Below, in pieces: positions 19,968-30,260 of a stretch of DNA of 64,000 bases. The DNA lies in contig CAWFJP010000029.1 in the NCBI GenBank assembly GCA_963816145.1, positions 256,001 through 320,000 of the forward strand, written 5' to 3'. The number at the start of each line of letters is the position of its first letter. The stretch's first letter is position 1. This DNA is from an uncultured delta proteobacterium. GTDB lineage: Bacteria; Desulfobacterota; Binatia; UBA9968. A program made the position numbers and the translations under genes. The notes under the pieces were generated by a model, which saw only the letters and a list, made by a program, of their open reading frames with translations, was not told the DNA's origin and ran no database searches.

Positions 19968-20440
19968 GAGTACCTCCGCAAATAAGATTGCTCACGCCTT
20001 GAGACTGTGAAGCGATCGTGTTGCGGTTATGTCATGGCGCTGCGAAGATTCGGTAAAACGGTATGCTATTGATAACGTACGAAGTGGGCGCCGGCGAAGT
20101 TACGGGCGGTTTCCAGCATGGGTAGGAGGCGCCAGTCGGTCTGGGAGATCTTGCGATTAAGAAATACTTCAAGATGGAGAACAGGGCGCGGACAGACTGG
20201 GAGGTATTTCAGGGACCGAATGAGATTTCATTCTATTGAAAGACGTCAAGAATAGTTCTCGCCCTAATTTCAGAAAAAATTTTCTGACGAATTTCGGCCG
20301 TGGTTTCAGCGCGAGTTTTTACCCACTTGTAACAATCTCGCAATCTAAGCCGCATACGTATGCTGTGTTGGTACTGACATCTGGGCTCATAATTACGCTG
20401 GACAAGGTCATTGTCGGTAAGGGAAAAGAGGAAAGAGGCT

Positions 20441-22918
20441 GTGAAAACCACCAACCCGGCCCATGCGGATCTCGAGCGGCGGCTCGAACGTTTGGGGCTC
20501 TCCGGTAAGGAAGGCGAATGGGCCGACCGTTACCTGATGTGCGATCATTTGCTGGATCCACTGGTGGCCCGGCCACGCCAGCGTTTTGAAGCAGTAGCGC
20601 GGTTCATTCGTGATTTGCTGTCGCACCGCTGGGTCAAGACGCGGCGCGCGCGTGAAGAGGCCAACCCCAAGCGGATTTACTATCTATCGATGGAGTATCT
20701 CATCGGTCGCACGCTCAACAACAACATCATGAATCTCGGTGCCGATCCGGTGGTCCAGAACGCGATGGAGCGTGAAGGGTGGAACTTGCCCGAGCTTTTG
20801 GACGAGGAGCCGGATGCCGGCCTGGGCAATGGCGGTCTTGGGAGATTGGCCGCTTGCTTCATCGATTCGTTGGCGACGCTGCAGTATTCCGCGATCGGCT
20901 ACGGCTTACGCTATGAGTACGGGATTTTTCGCCAGTTGATTCGCGAAGGGTATCAGGTCGAACAGCCAGACAACTGGCTGAGAAGTCCGGACCCGTGGGA
21001 AGTTGCGCGTCCGGCGATAATCTATCCGGTCCCGCTTCACGGCAGATTCGAGCTTAAGGGTTCAGCTGTAACCATCATTCCCAACCGTCCGTCGACGCTT
21101 TTGGGAATTGCCTACGACCGGCCCGTCGCGGGTTACGGCGCCCATTGCGTCAACACCTTGCGTTTGTGGGCTGCCGCTGCCCCGGAATCTTTTGATTTTG
21201 CCGAGTTCTCCCATGGCGACTTCGTCGGCGCCGTCATACGCAACGTTGCCGCCGAGTCCGTCACCCGCGTGCTCTATCCTGACGACTCCACTGAAGCCGG
21301 CCGGACACTGCGCTTTTTGCAGCAGTATTTTATGGTGAGCTGCTCACTCCAGGATATCGTGCATCGCTTTGCACAAACCAATGGTTCTGACTGGCAGGCT
21401 TTTCCCGATCACGTGGCAATCCAGCTAAACGATACTCACCCAGCAATCGCCGTCGCTGAATTGATGCGCATCCTCTTGGACCGCGCCTGCCTCAGCTGGG
21501 AGCAAGCTTGGGATGTCACTGTCCGCACGCTCGCTTACACCAATCACACCTTACTTCCCGAAGCCTTGGAAACCTGGTCGGTCGAGCTCTTCGAGCGGCT
21601 CGTGCCGCGTCATCTGGAAATTATTTATGAGGTCAACCGGCGCTTCCTCGACGAGGTGCGTCGCGCCCATCCGGAGGACGAGGAGCGAATCCGGCGCATG
21701 AGCATCATCGAGGAAACGCCAGTGCGAAGAGTCCGGATGGCCCACCTTGCGGTGGTCGGTACCCATAGCACAAACGGGGTTGCGGAAATTCATACTAGCC
21801 TGCTGCGCACCCATTTGTTGCGCGAGTTCGCCGAATGGTTTCCGGAGCGCTTCAACAACAAGACTAACGGTGTCACGCCGCGTCGATGGTTGCTGATGGC
21901 GAATCCGGCATTGGCCGAGTTGATCAGCGAATCCATCGGCGATGCCTGGATCGCTGATTTTAGCCATATCGCCGAGCTCAAACCGCTAGCCGGCGATGCG
22001 TCTTTCCGCGAACGTTTTCGCTTGGCCAAGCGCAACACTAAAAGCCGGTTTACGGACTGGCTAAAATCCACGACCGGTCAAGTCGTTGATCCCGACGGCA
22101 TCTTCGACTGTCAGATCAAGCGCATTCACGAATACAAACGCCAGCTGCTCAATGTTTTGCATATCGTGGTGCTGTACAACCGCCTGCGCCGCAATCCTGA
22201 TTCAGAGTTCACGCCGCGCACTTTCTTTTTCGCCGGCAAGGCCGCTGCCGCCTATTATCTGGCCAAGTTGATTATCAAATTGATTAACAGCGTTGCTGAC
22301 ACCGTGAATCGCGAGCCGGCAACTCGAGGGCGACTCCAGGTCGTCTTTCTGCCGGATTACAACGTCACTCTGGCCGAGCGGTTGATTCCGGCGACCGATG
22401 TCTCGGAGCAGATCTCCACTGCCGGGTACGAAGCGAGCGGCACCAGCAACATGAAGTTGATGATGAACGGCGCGCTGACAGTTGGCACGCGCGACGGCGC
22501 CACGATTGAAATGGCCACCGCAGCCGGCGAGGAAAACTTTTTTCTGTTCGGCTTGACGGCCGAGCAGGTCGCCGAAAGCCGCGGCTGGTACGACCCGTAC
22601 TGGCACTACTGGAACGAACCCGAAACGCGCGAAGCCCTCGATCTGATTTTTAATGATCACTTCAGCCGTTTGGAGCCGGGAGTATTCGCGCCGATACGTG
22701 AAACGTTGTTGACCGGCGGCGATTTCTATATGCATCTCGCTGATCTCAATTCCTACCTGACAACTCAAGCGCAAGTATCAGCGCTCTACGGGGACCCGGA
22801 CGCCTGGGCCCACAAGGCGATCATCAACGTCGCGTGCTCAGGGCGCTTCTCAAGCGATCGGACGATTGCGGAGTACGCCGCTGAGATCTGGAAGGCCAAG
22901 CCTTGTCCTGTGCGATGA
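20441..22918 (+). CDS. glgP: Glycogen/maltodextrin phosphorylase
   Basis: 'GLGNGGLGRLAAC', 'QLNDTHP', 'YTNHT', 'KTNGVTPRRW', 'KRIHEYKRQ', 'EASGTSNMK'. Confidence 0.96.
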   Translation: MKTTNPAHADLERRLERLGLSGKEGEWADRYLMCDHLLDPLVARPRQRFEAVARFIRDLLSHRWVKTRRAREEANPKRIYYLSMEYLIGRTLNNNIMNLGADPVVQNAMEREGWNLPELLDEEPDAGLGNGGLGRLAACFIDSLATLQYSAIGYGLRYEYGIFRQLIREGYQVEQPDNWLRSPDPWEVARPAIIYPVPLHGRFELKGSAVTIIPNRPSTLLGIAYDRPVAGYGAHCVNTLRLWAAAAPESFDFAEFSHGDFVGAVIRNVAAESVTRVLYPDDSTEAGRTLRFLQQYFMVSCSLQDIVHRFAQTNGSDWQAFPDHVAIQLNDTHPAIAVAELMRILLDRACLSWEQAWDVTVRTLAYTNHTLLPEALETWSVELFERLVPRHLEIIYEVNRRFLDEVRRAHPEDEERIRRMSIIEETPVRRVRMAHLAVVGTHSTNGVAEIHTSLLRTHLLREFAEWFPERFNNKTNGVTPRRWLLMANPALAELISESIGDAWIADFSHIAELKPLAGDASFRERFRLAKRNTKSRFTDWLKSTTGQVVDPDGIFDCQIKRIHEYKRQLLNVLHIVVLYNRLRRNPDSEFTPRTFFFAGKAAAAYYLAKLIIKLINSVADTVNREPATRGRLQVVFLPDYNVTLAERLIPATDVSEQISTAGYEASGTSNMKLMMNGALTVGTRDGATIEMATAAGEENFFLFGLTAEQVAESRGWYDPYWHYWNEPETREALDLIFNDHFSRLEPGVFAPIRETLLTGGDFYMHLADLNSYLTTQAQVSALYGDPDAWAHKAIINVACSGRFSSDRTIAEYAAEIWKAKPCPVR

Positions 22919-24057
22919 TGGTGATGACGCCCAACACGAAAAGTTTTAACCATGACGAGGCCTCTGCGAGCAATGATTTCTTGGCACCGCATAAACACCC
23001 GGTTGGCGTTGCCGCCGGGGTCGAACTGCAGGACCTCGCGCGCCGGCCCACGCGCAAGGGCTCGGTTGTGGTCAACTGTATCGACTACGACCTGGATAAT
23101 CTTTTGGTTCAAGAGGTCAAGGATTTTCCTGACTTCATCGAACAACACCGGCCCGCGTGGTCCAAGGTGCGCTGGATCAACCTGCGCGGGCTCGGCGACA
23201 TGCATGTCATCCACGCACTAGCGGAGAAATACCAGCTGCATCCACTCGCCATCGAAGACCTTCTGGCGGGGCAGCAGCGCTCCAAAGTCGACGATTACCC
23301 CGGTTCCGGCGAGCACCCCGGTCGGCTTTTCGTGGTCGCCAAAGTGGTTCGGGCCACCCGCCAGCGGGTCGCCGCCCGGCAGGTGAGTTTTTTTCTCGGG
23401 CGCAATACCCTGGTCACCTTCCAAGACTCCGCCCAAGACATTTTCGACTCCGTGCGCCGGCGCATCGAAACGAAGGGATCGCGCCTGCGCAGCAACGACG
23501 TGAGTTTTCTTTTATATGTCCTGCTTGACAGTATCGTCGATGAATTCTATCCGCTTCTGGAAGAGTTTGCCGGACGGATCGAGCGGATCGAGCAAAACGT
23601 CCTAACTGCGCCAAACCGTGACACGCTCGAAAGAATCCATCGTATGAAGCGCGATTTGCTCATGATCCGCCGCATCGCTTGGCCCATGCGGGAGCTCATT
23701 CGCGAGTTGACTCGGGATCATCACGAGTGTCTTTCCACCGAAGCTACAACCTATCTGCGCGACGTTTACGATCACATGCTGGTCATCTTTGAACTGGTGC
23801 AGTCCTATCATGATTTTGTCTCGACTCTGACCGAAACTTACATGTCGACGATTTCCAATCGCATGAATGAAATCATGAAGACCCTGACCATCATCAGCAC
23901 GATCTTTGTGCCGCTGACGTTCCTCGCCGGGGTGTATGGAATGAACATGCCGATCCCCGAAAACCAATTCGCCTGGAGCTATCCTCTGTTCTGGCTCATT
24001 GCTGTGGTCGTCAGTGTCGGGATGATCCGTTGGTTCAAAACCAAAGGGTGGTTTTAA
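22915..24057 (+). CDS. corA: Magnesium/cobalt transporter CorA
   Basis: 'LHPLAIED', 'YLRDVYDH', '[12 protein letters not shown]'; start overlaps the glgP stop. Confidence 0.93.
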   Translation: MMVMTPNTKSFNHDEASASNDFLAPHKHPVGVAAGVELQDLARRPTRKGSVVVNCIDYDLDNLLVQEVKDFPDFIEQHRPAWSKVRWINLRGLGDMHVIHALAEKYQLHPLAIEDLLAGQQRSKVDDYPGSGEHPGRLFVVAKVVRATRQRVAARQVSFFLGRNTLVTFQDSAQDIFDSVRRRIETKGSRLRSNDVSFLLYVLLDSIVDEFYPLLEEFAGRIERIEQNVLTAPNRDTLERIHRMKRDLLMIRRIAWPMRELIRELTRDHHECLSTEATTYLRDVYDHMLVIFELVQSYHDFVSTLTETYMSTISNRMNEIMKTLTIISTIFVPLTFLAGVYGMNMPIPENQFAWSYPLFWLIAVVVSVGMIRWFKTKGWF

Positions 24058-24115
24058 GGCGACGGCGGGGGGGGGTAACCATAATCGGTCGCCCCCGTCG
24101 GAAAGCGGGCGACTG

Positions 24116-24280
24116 TTTGAATCCCATACAATTGGCGTAGTAAGTGACCGTTACCAGCCAGTCGGAGAAGATGCCGAGAACTCCGACGTCACGGGCGAGC
24201 ACGTCGAGGAGTTCGTAAGTATCCTCGGATTTGTTGATGACCGTGCTGGTCTGGAAGTATTACCCGCCGTCATCGGTCAA
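24116..24280 (-). pseudogene. Remnant of the 3' end of a glycerophosphodiester phosphodiesterase (GDPD/GlpQ-like) gene
   Basis: Minus strand reads [54 protein letters not shown], like the GDPD tail '[25 protein letters not shown]'. In-frame TAA at 24260-24262 and no start codon. Confidence 0.65.
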
Positions 24281-24299
24281 AATTCCGAATGGTTGGAAA

Positions 24300-24836
24300 T
24301 TACCGCTCAAAGTACGCGCCACAGAAGTAGTAGACGGTTTCCAGGACGGGGAGCAGATACCAGTCGTCATGGGGAAATCGCATGAGCAGAAAAAAACCCC
24401 AGATCGAGAGCAGCGCACCAACGTATTGCGGGTGGTCAACTATTGAAAAAGGGAATTTGTGATTCCACGGGACTTGGTAGCCAAAGCGATTACCGTAAAA
24501 CACGCCGATGGTGCCAAGACGATAAAACACGGAGAAATTCAGTCCTTGGCCAATGGCGATCAAAGCGCAACCGACGAAGTTGGCAAAGGCAGTGCCCGCC
24601 ATCGGTGCTAATGTCCCATCGCCAAAGATGTAGCACCAACCTAGGAACACGGCGCCCTGGATCACTTTAAAACCGTAGAAAAGATGGCGTAGGACATGCA
24701 CGGGCGCGCGCAAGTCGTCGAATGCGGATTCGCCGCACCGATTTTGAAACTTCTCAGGTGCGTGCCAAATCCACAAATACGTTATGCGCTCAAGGCTGAG
24801 CAGTGCGGCCGCGCATAGAAATACCCATAGATTCAC
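24300..24836 (-). CDS. PEMT/PEM2-type membrane phospholipid methyltransferase
   Basis: 'GQGLNFSVFYRLG..GVFYG.RFG....W...FPFS...HPQYVG' PEMT motif. Start uncertain (up to 24887). Confidence 0.82.
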   Translation of the reverse strand: MNLWVFLCAAALLSLERITYLWIWHAPEKFQNRCGESAFDDLRAPVHVLRHLFYGFKVIQGAVFLGWCYIFGDGTLAPMAGTAFANFVGCALIAIGQGLNFSVFYRLGTIGVFYGNRFGYQVPWNHKFPFSIVDHPQYVGALLSIWGFFLLMRFPHDDWYLLPVLETVYYFCGAYFER

Positions 24837-24868
24837 AGGAACCCGGTAACTTGTGATGTCTCGCGATG

Positions 24869-27124
24869 CTAAGCGCGCTCCGGCCAACGCGGGAAGTACG
24901 CGACGATGTCGGTCAGCGGATCGGTGATCAGCTTGATAAACCAGATCATCGACGTGCGAAAATCATGCTTGAAAAACAGATAGAGCACGCGGCCGAACAC
25001 CACCGATAAGGTCCAGAAAAACCAGTGCAGCGCGATCGGTGCAATCAGCGCCGTGGTCCAACTGCCGGCCTGGAAGTAGTGGATCACCGGGATCAAAATA
25101 TAGCCAAGCACGATCAGGGTTTTGTTGCGCGTGTTGTAGCCCAGGAGTAATGCTTCTTTGTCGTGACAGGGCGGTTCCAGCACCGCATGGCCGAACTGGC
25201 GCACGACCAACGACGCTAGTCCCAAACACATCGCGGTGGTCAGATCGAAGAACGCCAAGATGTAGCAATAAATAAATACCGACGAGCTCAGCAGGTGGAA
25301 AAACTGGTTGATGCCGTTGCTGTGCGAGGCATGATGGTCATCTTTTTTGCGCTGCATCACTTCGGCATAAAAGGTTTGCAGCGGTTTGGGCGGCTGCACC
25401 AGACTACCGAGCAATTCCCGAATCAATTGTGTTTTCATAGCTTTCTCCCTATTTGGATGTTGTTCGGCCGTTAGCCACCAAGCGTCGTCCTTCATCGAGC
25501 GCGCCGCGGTCACCAGCTTGTGCTGCAATTCTCGATAATCTTCCGCAGTAAAGTCCATGCTGCTCAAACAGCGCCCGGTGCCGACCCAACTTAATGTGAC
25601 CCCCTCGGCGCGCAGATAGTATTGCAAGAGCCAGTTGAAGCGGCTCGGTTCCTTGAACAGCACGGTCCATACCGTGCCGAGGTTCATCACCCGGATCGGT
25701 AGCGAGCCATCGGCGAGCTGCCGATTGGTCGAACGAACCCAGTCGTCGCAGCGCTGGTTCGATTCTTGGTATAAGATCGCCGTGCTCGGCGTTTCGACCC
25801 AGTGGAGAAATTGATTCATCGACCCCATCACGGCAGGGTGGCCGGAGAAGGTGCCGACGACGTAGGCGATGCGCATAGGATGCTGCGGGTCGAAACGACG
25901 CATGAGCTCGGACTTGCCGCAAACCGCGCCGATCGGCAGACCGCCGGCAACGGTTTTGCCGTAAACCACCATGTCTGCTTGAATGCCGTAGAACTCCTGC
26001 GCTCCTCCCGGAGCAAGACGGAAGCCGGTGTAAACTTCATCGAAGATGAGCGGCACGCCGCATTCCCTGCAAACCGCGCGGAGCCGGCGCAGCCAATCGG
26101 CGTAGCGCGCGGTGGTATCCTCGGTCTTACGCACATTGCTGGTGAGCAACACCGCGTCGTTGGGCGGCGGCGAGTTGGGATGAAACGATTGTACCGGATT
26201 GACCAGGACCGCGGCGATCTCCTTGGCTCGGCGGCGAATCACCGCGAGGGATTCCGGCTGCATATCTTTCAAAGTGAGACAATCGTCGAGCGACCGCTCG
26301 CTGCCAAGGCCCGGTTGCACGCCGTCCCACCAGCCATGATAGGCGCCGGAGAAACAGACGATTAAATTTCGCTTGGTATTGAAACGCGCCATGCGCACCG
26401 CCGCCATCACCGCTTCGGTGCCGCTCATGTGAAACGACACTTCGTCCTGGCCCGAGATGCGCTTTAGGACGGCAATGTTGTCGGCGACAATCGGATGGAG
26501 CGGCCCCAAAACCGGCCCGAGATCCTTGACCTGATCCCAGCCGCGTTGGATCCATTCTTTATAGCGGTCGAAGCCGGCGACGTTGACACCATAGGAACCG
26601 CTGACATCGATGGTCCAGTGACCGTCGAGATTTTGCAGCCTTGGGCCGCGCGATGCGGTCACTACTGAGCAGAGATTGAATTTTTCGCGCATCACACGCA
26701 CGAACGGAAACGGCACGCGATTGGCGTCGGTGAAGCGGAGATCGGAAAAACTTTCGCGTATGGAATTCGCCCAAGCGATCGACTGGGCCTGTTGGCTGTT
26801 GAGCAACTGCGACAAGCGTTGCAGCGCCTTTTGGCGGATTTCAGCCCAGGTTTCCGGCGCGCCGTCAGCGCGCAAAAACTGTGCTTCGGTGTAATCGCTG
26901 GATTTTACCCAATTGGACAGCTTTCTCGACAGCGCCGGCATGAGTGCCACGGCGCGTAAGGTCATCACCGTGACTAGAAGTCGACGAGCAGCGTAGATGC
27001 ACAGGAGCAATCCGGCCAAGGCCGCGAGCAACGCGAGTCCGCTGGATGCATCAAACCCGCAGCGCGCCGCACTCGACTGGTTTAAGCAAGCCGTTAGACT
27101 TTGAAAGATGTCTGTAACTTCCAT
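24869..27124 (-). CDS. Membrane-anchored class III PLP aminotransferase (GSA-aminomutase-like) fused to a His-rich Mpo1/DUF962-like membrane domain
   Basis: 'SGTEAV', 'GAYHG', 'LIFDEVYTGFR', 'YGKTVAGG', 'GTFSGHP'; C-terminal 'DDHHASH...NQFFH...RQFGH..LEP' with TM helices; N-terminal TM segment. Confidence 0.8.
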   Translation of the reverse strand: MEVTDIFQSLTACLNQSSAARCGFDASSGLALLAALAGLLLCIYAARRLLVTVMTLRAVALMPALSRKLSNWVKSSDYTEAQFLRADGAPETWAEIRQKALQRLSQLLNSQQAQSIAWANSIRESFSDLRFTDANRVPFPFVRVMREKFNLCSVVTASRGPRLQNLDGHWTIDVSGSYGVNVAGFDRYKEWIQRGWDQVKDLGPVLGPLHPIVADNIAVLKRISGQDEVSFHMSGTEAVMAAVRMARFNTKRNLIVCFSGAYHGWWDGVQPGLGSERSLDDCLTLKDMQPESLAVIRRRAKEIAAVLVNPVQSFHPNSPPPNDAVLLTSNVRKTEDTTARYADWLRRLRAVCRECGVPLIFDEVYTGFRLAPGGAQEFYGIQADMVVYGKTVAGGLPIGAVCGKSELMRRFDPQHPMRIAYVVGTFSGHPAVMGSMNQFLHWVETPSTAILYQESNQRCDDWVRSTNRQLADGSLPIRVMNLGTVWTVLFKEPSRFNWLLQYYLRAEGVTLSWVGTGRCLSSMDFTAEDYRELQHKLVTAARSMKDDAWWLTAEQHPNREKAMKTQLIRELLGSLVQPPKPLQTFYAEVMQRKKDDHHASHSNGINQFFHLLSSSVFIYCYILAFFDLTTAMCLGLASLVVRQFGHAVLEPPCHDKEALLLGYNTRNKTLIVLGYILIPVIHYFQAGSWTTALIAPIALHWFFWTLSVVFGRVLYLFFKHDFRTSMIWFIKLITDPLTDIVAYFPRWPERA

Positions 27125-27177
27125 CTAGAAGTACCTCCCTCCGAAAGATCGTATTTATGGTCAATTCAAGTTCGTCG

Positions 27178-28434
27178 TCACGCGAGTGTCACCTCAATAG
27201 TCGGCGATGAAAGTTCATCGTCGGCCGTCGTCAGTCGAACCTTGTTCTCAAGCAGCGTGCCGAATAGCCGGGCGATGCGCTGCCAATCGAGGGATGCGGC
27301 GTGGGCGCGGGCAGCTCGACGCAGCGCCGGTAAATATTGGGCCGCATCGGCGATCGCTACTGCGGCTTCGATAAAATCATTTCGATTGCCGAAGGGCACT
27401 AATAGACCACTGGAACCATGGCGAATGTGACGATGTGCCGCCGCGTAATCATAAGCGACTACGGCCAATCCGCTCGCCATCGCCTCCAGGGTTACGTTGC
27501 CAAAGGTCTCGGTCTCGCTGGGAAACAAGAAAATATCGGCGGACGCGTAATATCGAGCTAAATCGTCGCCGGTCTGCACACCGACAAACACCAGATCAGG
27601 GTGCTGCGCTTGAAGCGTCGCGCGCTGCGGCCCGTCGCCCACCAACATGAATCGGGCCACCTTGCCGCACTGTTGCATGGCCCGATAAGCGTCGATGGCC
27701 AGGTCTAAGTTCTTCTCTGGCGCCAGCCGGCCGACGTGCAGGACGATGAGTTCATCGTGCGACACGCCCCAGCTCTGGCGCAGCGCCGGGCTGCGGTGTT
27801 CTGGGGAAAAACGCCGGCTGTCGACCCCGCGGCCGAGAATGCTAATATTTTTAACCCCGATGGTTTGTAATTCATTCCTGAGATCGGCGCAGGCAACGAT
27901 CGTTCCCATGGTTTGATTGTGAAACCAGCGCAGGTAGCGCAGGATCGCCGGCTTTAACCAGGCGGCGCGATAATACTGTAAATAACTGTGAAAGTTGGTG
28001 TGAAAACCACTAAACACCGGGATGCCCAAGCCGGTGGCCACGCGCACGGCGGATAAGCCCAAGGGCCCTTCAGTCGCGACGTAGACGACATCGGGTCGCT
28101 GCTCGCACCAGCGCCGGCGCAGCGTGCGCCGCGCCGGCAAGCCAACGCGCAAACCTTTATACCCCGGCAATGGCAGGCTGCGTAGCAGCGTGCCTTTGGA
28201 ATTCACATGACGGCCGGCGTCGTCAAAATATTTTTGCCGCGGCCGCACTAGCGAAACCGCGTAACCTTGGTTACGTAGTCCTTCGCTCAGGTGGGCTAAC
28301 GTGAATGCCACACCATTAACTTCGGGTGGGTAGGTTTCGGTGACGATACAAATATGGCGCGGCTGGGCTTCATTGCTTTGGGACCTGGTGAGCGCTTTCA
28401 TTCGTATCATCGCCCTTTCTTTTACAACCGTCAC
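27178..28434 (-). CDS. GT4 family glycosyltransferase (SqdX/Agt/MgtA-like lipid glycosyltransferase)
   Basis: 'VTETYPPEVNGVA', 'ATEGPLG', 'FHTNF', 'GRLAPEKN', 'FPSETETFGNVTLEAMASG'. Confidence 0.88.
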   Translation of the reverse strand: MTVVKERAMIRMKALTRSQSNEAQPRHICIVTETYPPEVNGVAFTLAHLSEGLRNQGYAVSLVRPRQKYFDDAGRHVNSKGTLLRSLPLPGYKGLRVGLPARRTLRRRWCEQRPDVVYVATEGPLGLSAVRVATGLGIPVFSGFHTNFHSYLQYYRAAWLKPAILRYLRWFHNQTMGTIVACADLRNELQTIGVKNISILGRGVDSRRFSPEHRSPALRQSWGVSHDELIVLHVGRLAPEKNLDLAIDAYRAMQQCGKVARFMLVGDGPQRATLQAQHPDLVFVGVQTGDDLARYYASADIFLFPSETETFGNVTLEAMASGLAVVAYDYAAAHRHIRHGSSGLLVPFGNRNDFIEAAVAIADAAQYLPALRRAARAHAASLDWQRIARLFGTLLENKVRLTTADDELSSPTIEVTLA

Positions 28435-28581
28435 TTCAGCTATCGGCCGCGAACTAGAGTGAGGAAAAGCATTAATTACCGCTCGACCTTAGCCGTGCAT
28501 TATTGCGGGCGTATTAAGGTACGAAAAAAAGCAGATTAACCGGGCGCCGGGGGTCTATTGTCGAGAAAATTTTGCACTGAG

Positions 28582-28598
28582 TTAACCCAGGCTTAACC
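28582..28598 (+). promoter_or_regulatory. Tandem TTAACC repeats 11 bp apart in a divergent promoter region
   Basis: TTAACC at 28582 and 28593. Confidence 0.5.
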
Positions 28599-28684
28599 GA
28601 GCGAGGCGCATAGTGACGCGGTTCGCAGCGCCATGCTGCATTCTGAAGCACACACGAGTTGCCGAGCAAGGAAGGAGATGCGCA

Positions 28685-29059
28685 GTGAATTCAAACCCAG
28701 TCTTGCGAATCAATGAAAGCGGCACAAACAGTGACTTCTGGGAAACCGTGCGGCGCAATGGCCACGGCTACCCAGAGCAGGATCTATTCTTGGCTGTACT
28801 GAAAGACGCCCTGCTAAGTTATCGCAAAAATTTGCGCCGGTCTAATAAAGCCTTCCTGGCCGAACGTGCATGGTTTTTAGATAGCGAGACGGACCGGCTG
28901 TTTTCGTTTGAGTCGGTGTGCGCCGCGCTTGGTTTGAACGCTGCGAGAATTCGTCAGCGAATTGTCGCCTGGGAGAATGAGAGCACGGCTTCAGAGTCAA
29001 AACGATTCCCTGGTCACGAGCGGCGATTGTTGAAGGATATTGAACGGATATTTGAATAA
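28685..29059 (+). CDS. Conserved hypothetical protein
   Basis: AAGGAG RBS and GTG start. 'PEQDLFLAVLKDA...AW...FSFESVC..LGL' matches a recurrent small uncharacterised family. Confidence 0.65.
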   Translation: MNSNPVLRINESGTNSDFWETVRRNGHGYPEQDLFLAVLKDALLSYRKNLRRSNKAFLAERAWFLDSETDRLFSFESVCAALGLNAARIRQRIVAWENESTASESKRFPGHERRLLKDIERIFE

Positions 29060-29397
29060 CTTGGTCGTAACGATGTTAAGTTCGGTTAGGGCTAAGCCGC
29101 AATGCCGCTCGGTGGCTAGACGCGGTCGTGGTGCAGGTGAAAAGAGCTCTGCGCGCCGGTGACCATACTTTTGCCGAACAGCACAATGACGACCGCCCAA
29201 AGCGCTTGGAGTGAGAGCATGACCAAGGCTTGCCACGCGGTGGCGAACCTGAAACCGAGTGCTACGGTGAGACTGCGATAGAAGGACAATAAGTGACTGG
29301 TCTCAACGCAACGAGATTTTCGCCGGCTCAGGAAACCAGCCGGGAAAGTGCCGCTTAACATCCGATGATGTGTTGAATGGCGTAGAGTATTTTGTTG

Positions 29398-30036
29398 CTA
29401 CGGGAGTAGCGTGAAATCATCGAAATCCGCGCTGGCAGTGCTTTTGGTTGAGTCTGAGCTGCTAAGAACCGCAATACCCTGAAACTTACCCGGTTCGCTG
29501 CCGAAGAATGATCGATAGTCGTCGTAAAAATTTATCTCTTCGTTGAACCATTGGTTTTTGTCCGCCGGGCCGCTGCGCAGGATTACAACATGGCCGCGGT
29601 TGTAGAGAGGATGGTTGAAGCGACTTCCCGCCGGCAAAGCCGCGCTCCAGACATATTTGATTACGCGGGGCCAATATTGGTTGTCGAAAATAACGTAGAC
29701 TTGCGCGGCGGCGTCGTGTTTCGCACCTATGCGCTCATCGGCGCCGTTGGGAAACGTGTGCACGCGCCAGCGCCATGCCAACCGGCGCAGATCTTTCGGA
29801 TCGACGATCCGTTCCAACGCAAGCTGAACCCCTTGGTTGTTGCTTTGGGCGTGTAGAAAGCGGTTGCCCCTCTCGCTTTCGATCCGATAGATATTTTGCG
29901 CATCGCTGTTCTTCCCGCGCCATTTGGCTGGGAAAACGCCTTCGCTATACTGTTCGAAGTTATCCAACAGAGTCGTTGCCGCCAGCGGGCTTGGACTCAA
30001 AAACCAGGCAACGATAGCCAAAACGATGATCACCAC
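29398..30036 (-). CDS. DUF3047 domain secreted protein
   Basis: Signal peptide; 'L.WRWRV', 'DAAAQVYV.F', 'IKYVWS', 'W..E..N...DY...FG', 'SDST'. Confidence 0.85.
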   Translation of the reverse strand: MVIIVLAIVAWFLSPSPLAATTLLDNFEQYSEGVFPAKWRGKNSDAQNIYRIESERGNRFLHAQSNNQGVQLALERIVDPKDLRRLAWRWRVHTFPNGADERIGAKHDAAAQVYVIFDNQYWPRVIKYVWSAALPAGSRFNHPLYNRGHVVILRSGPADKNQWFNEEINFYDDYRSFFGSEPGKFQGIAVLSSSDSTKSTASADFDDFTLLP

Positions 30037-30138
30037 CCGATGGACAATAGCTCTCTCTGGTTACAAGCGAGTTTGAACTTGATGAACATTCGATTGCGGA
30101 TTGGCTTGGTTGGAGGGTCATGTTGATGGTTAAGCGAT

Positions 30139-30166
30139 TTAACCTCACCTTAACCAAGCTGTAACA
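30139..30166 (+). promoter_or_regulatory. Three 11-bp-periodic repeats (Pho-box-like) upstream of ppk1
   Basis: TTAACC 30139, TTAACC 30150, GTAACA 30161. Confidence 0.7.
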
Positions 30167-30260
30167 TAGCCTTTGCTTGCCAAATCTGGCCTTAATAGGT
30201 TAATCGTAGCAATCTAGTTTCTTGGTGCCCCTCGCGTATCGGCTTTTAGGGTGAATCAGG

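Noticed and set aside
24869-27124. Calling this gene hemL
   Set aside because: Its length, membrane anchor, fused domain and lipid-gene context are unlike HemL.
29116-29361. 81-aa minus-strand ORF downstream of DUF3047
   Set aside because: Only the hydrophobic C-terminal half looks protein-like. It could be a gene fragment, but I cannot assign a family.
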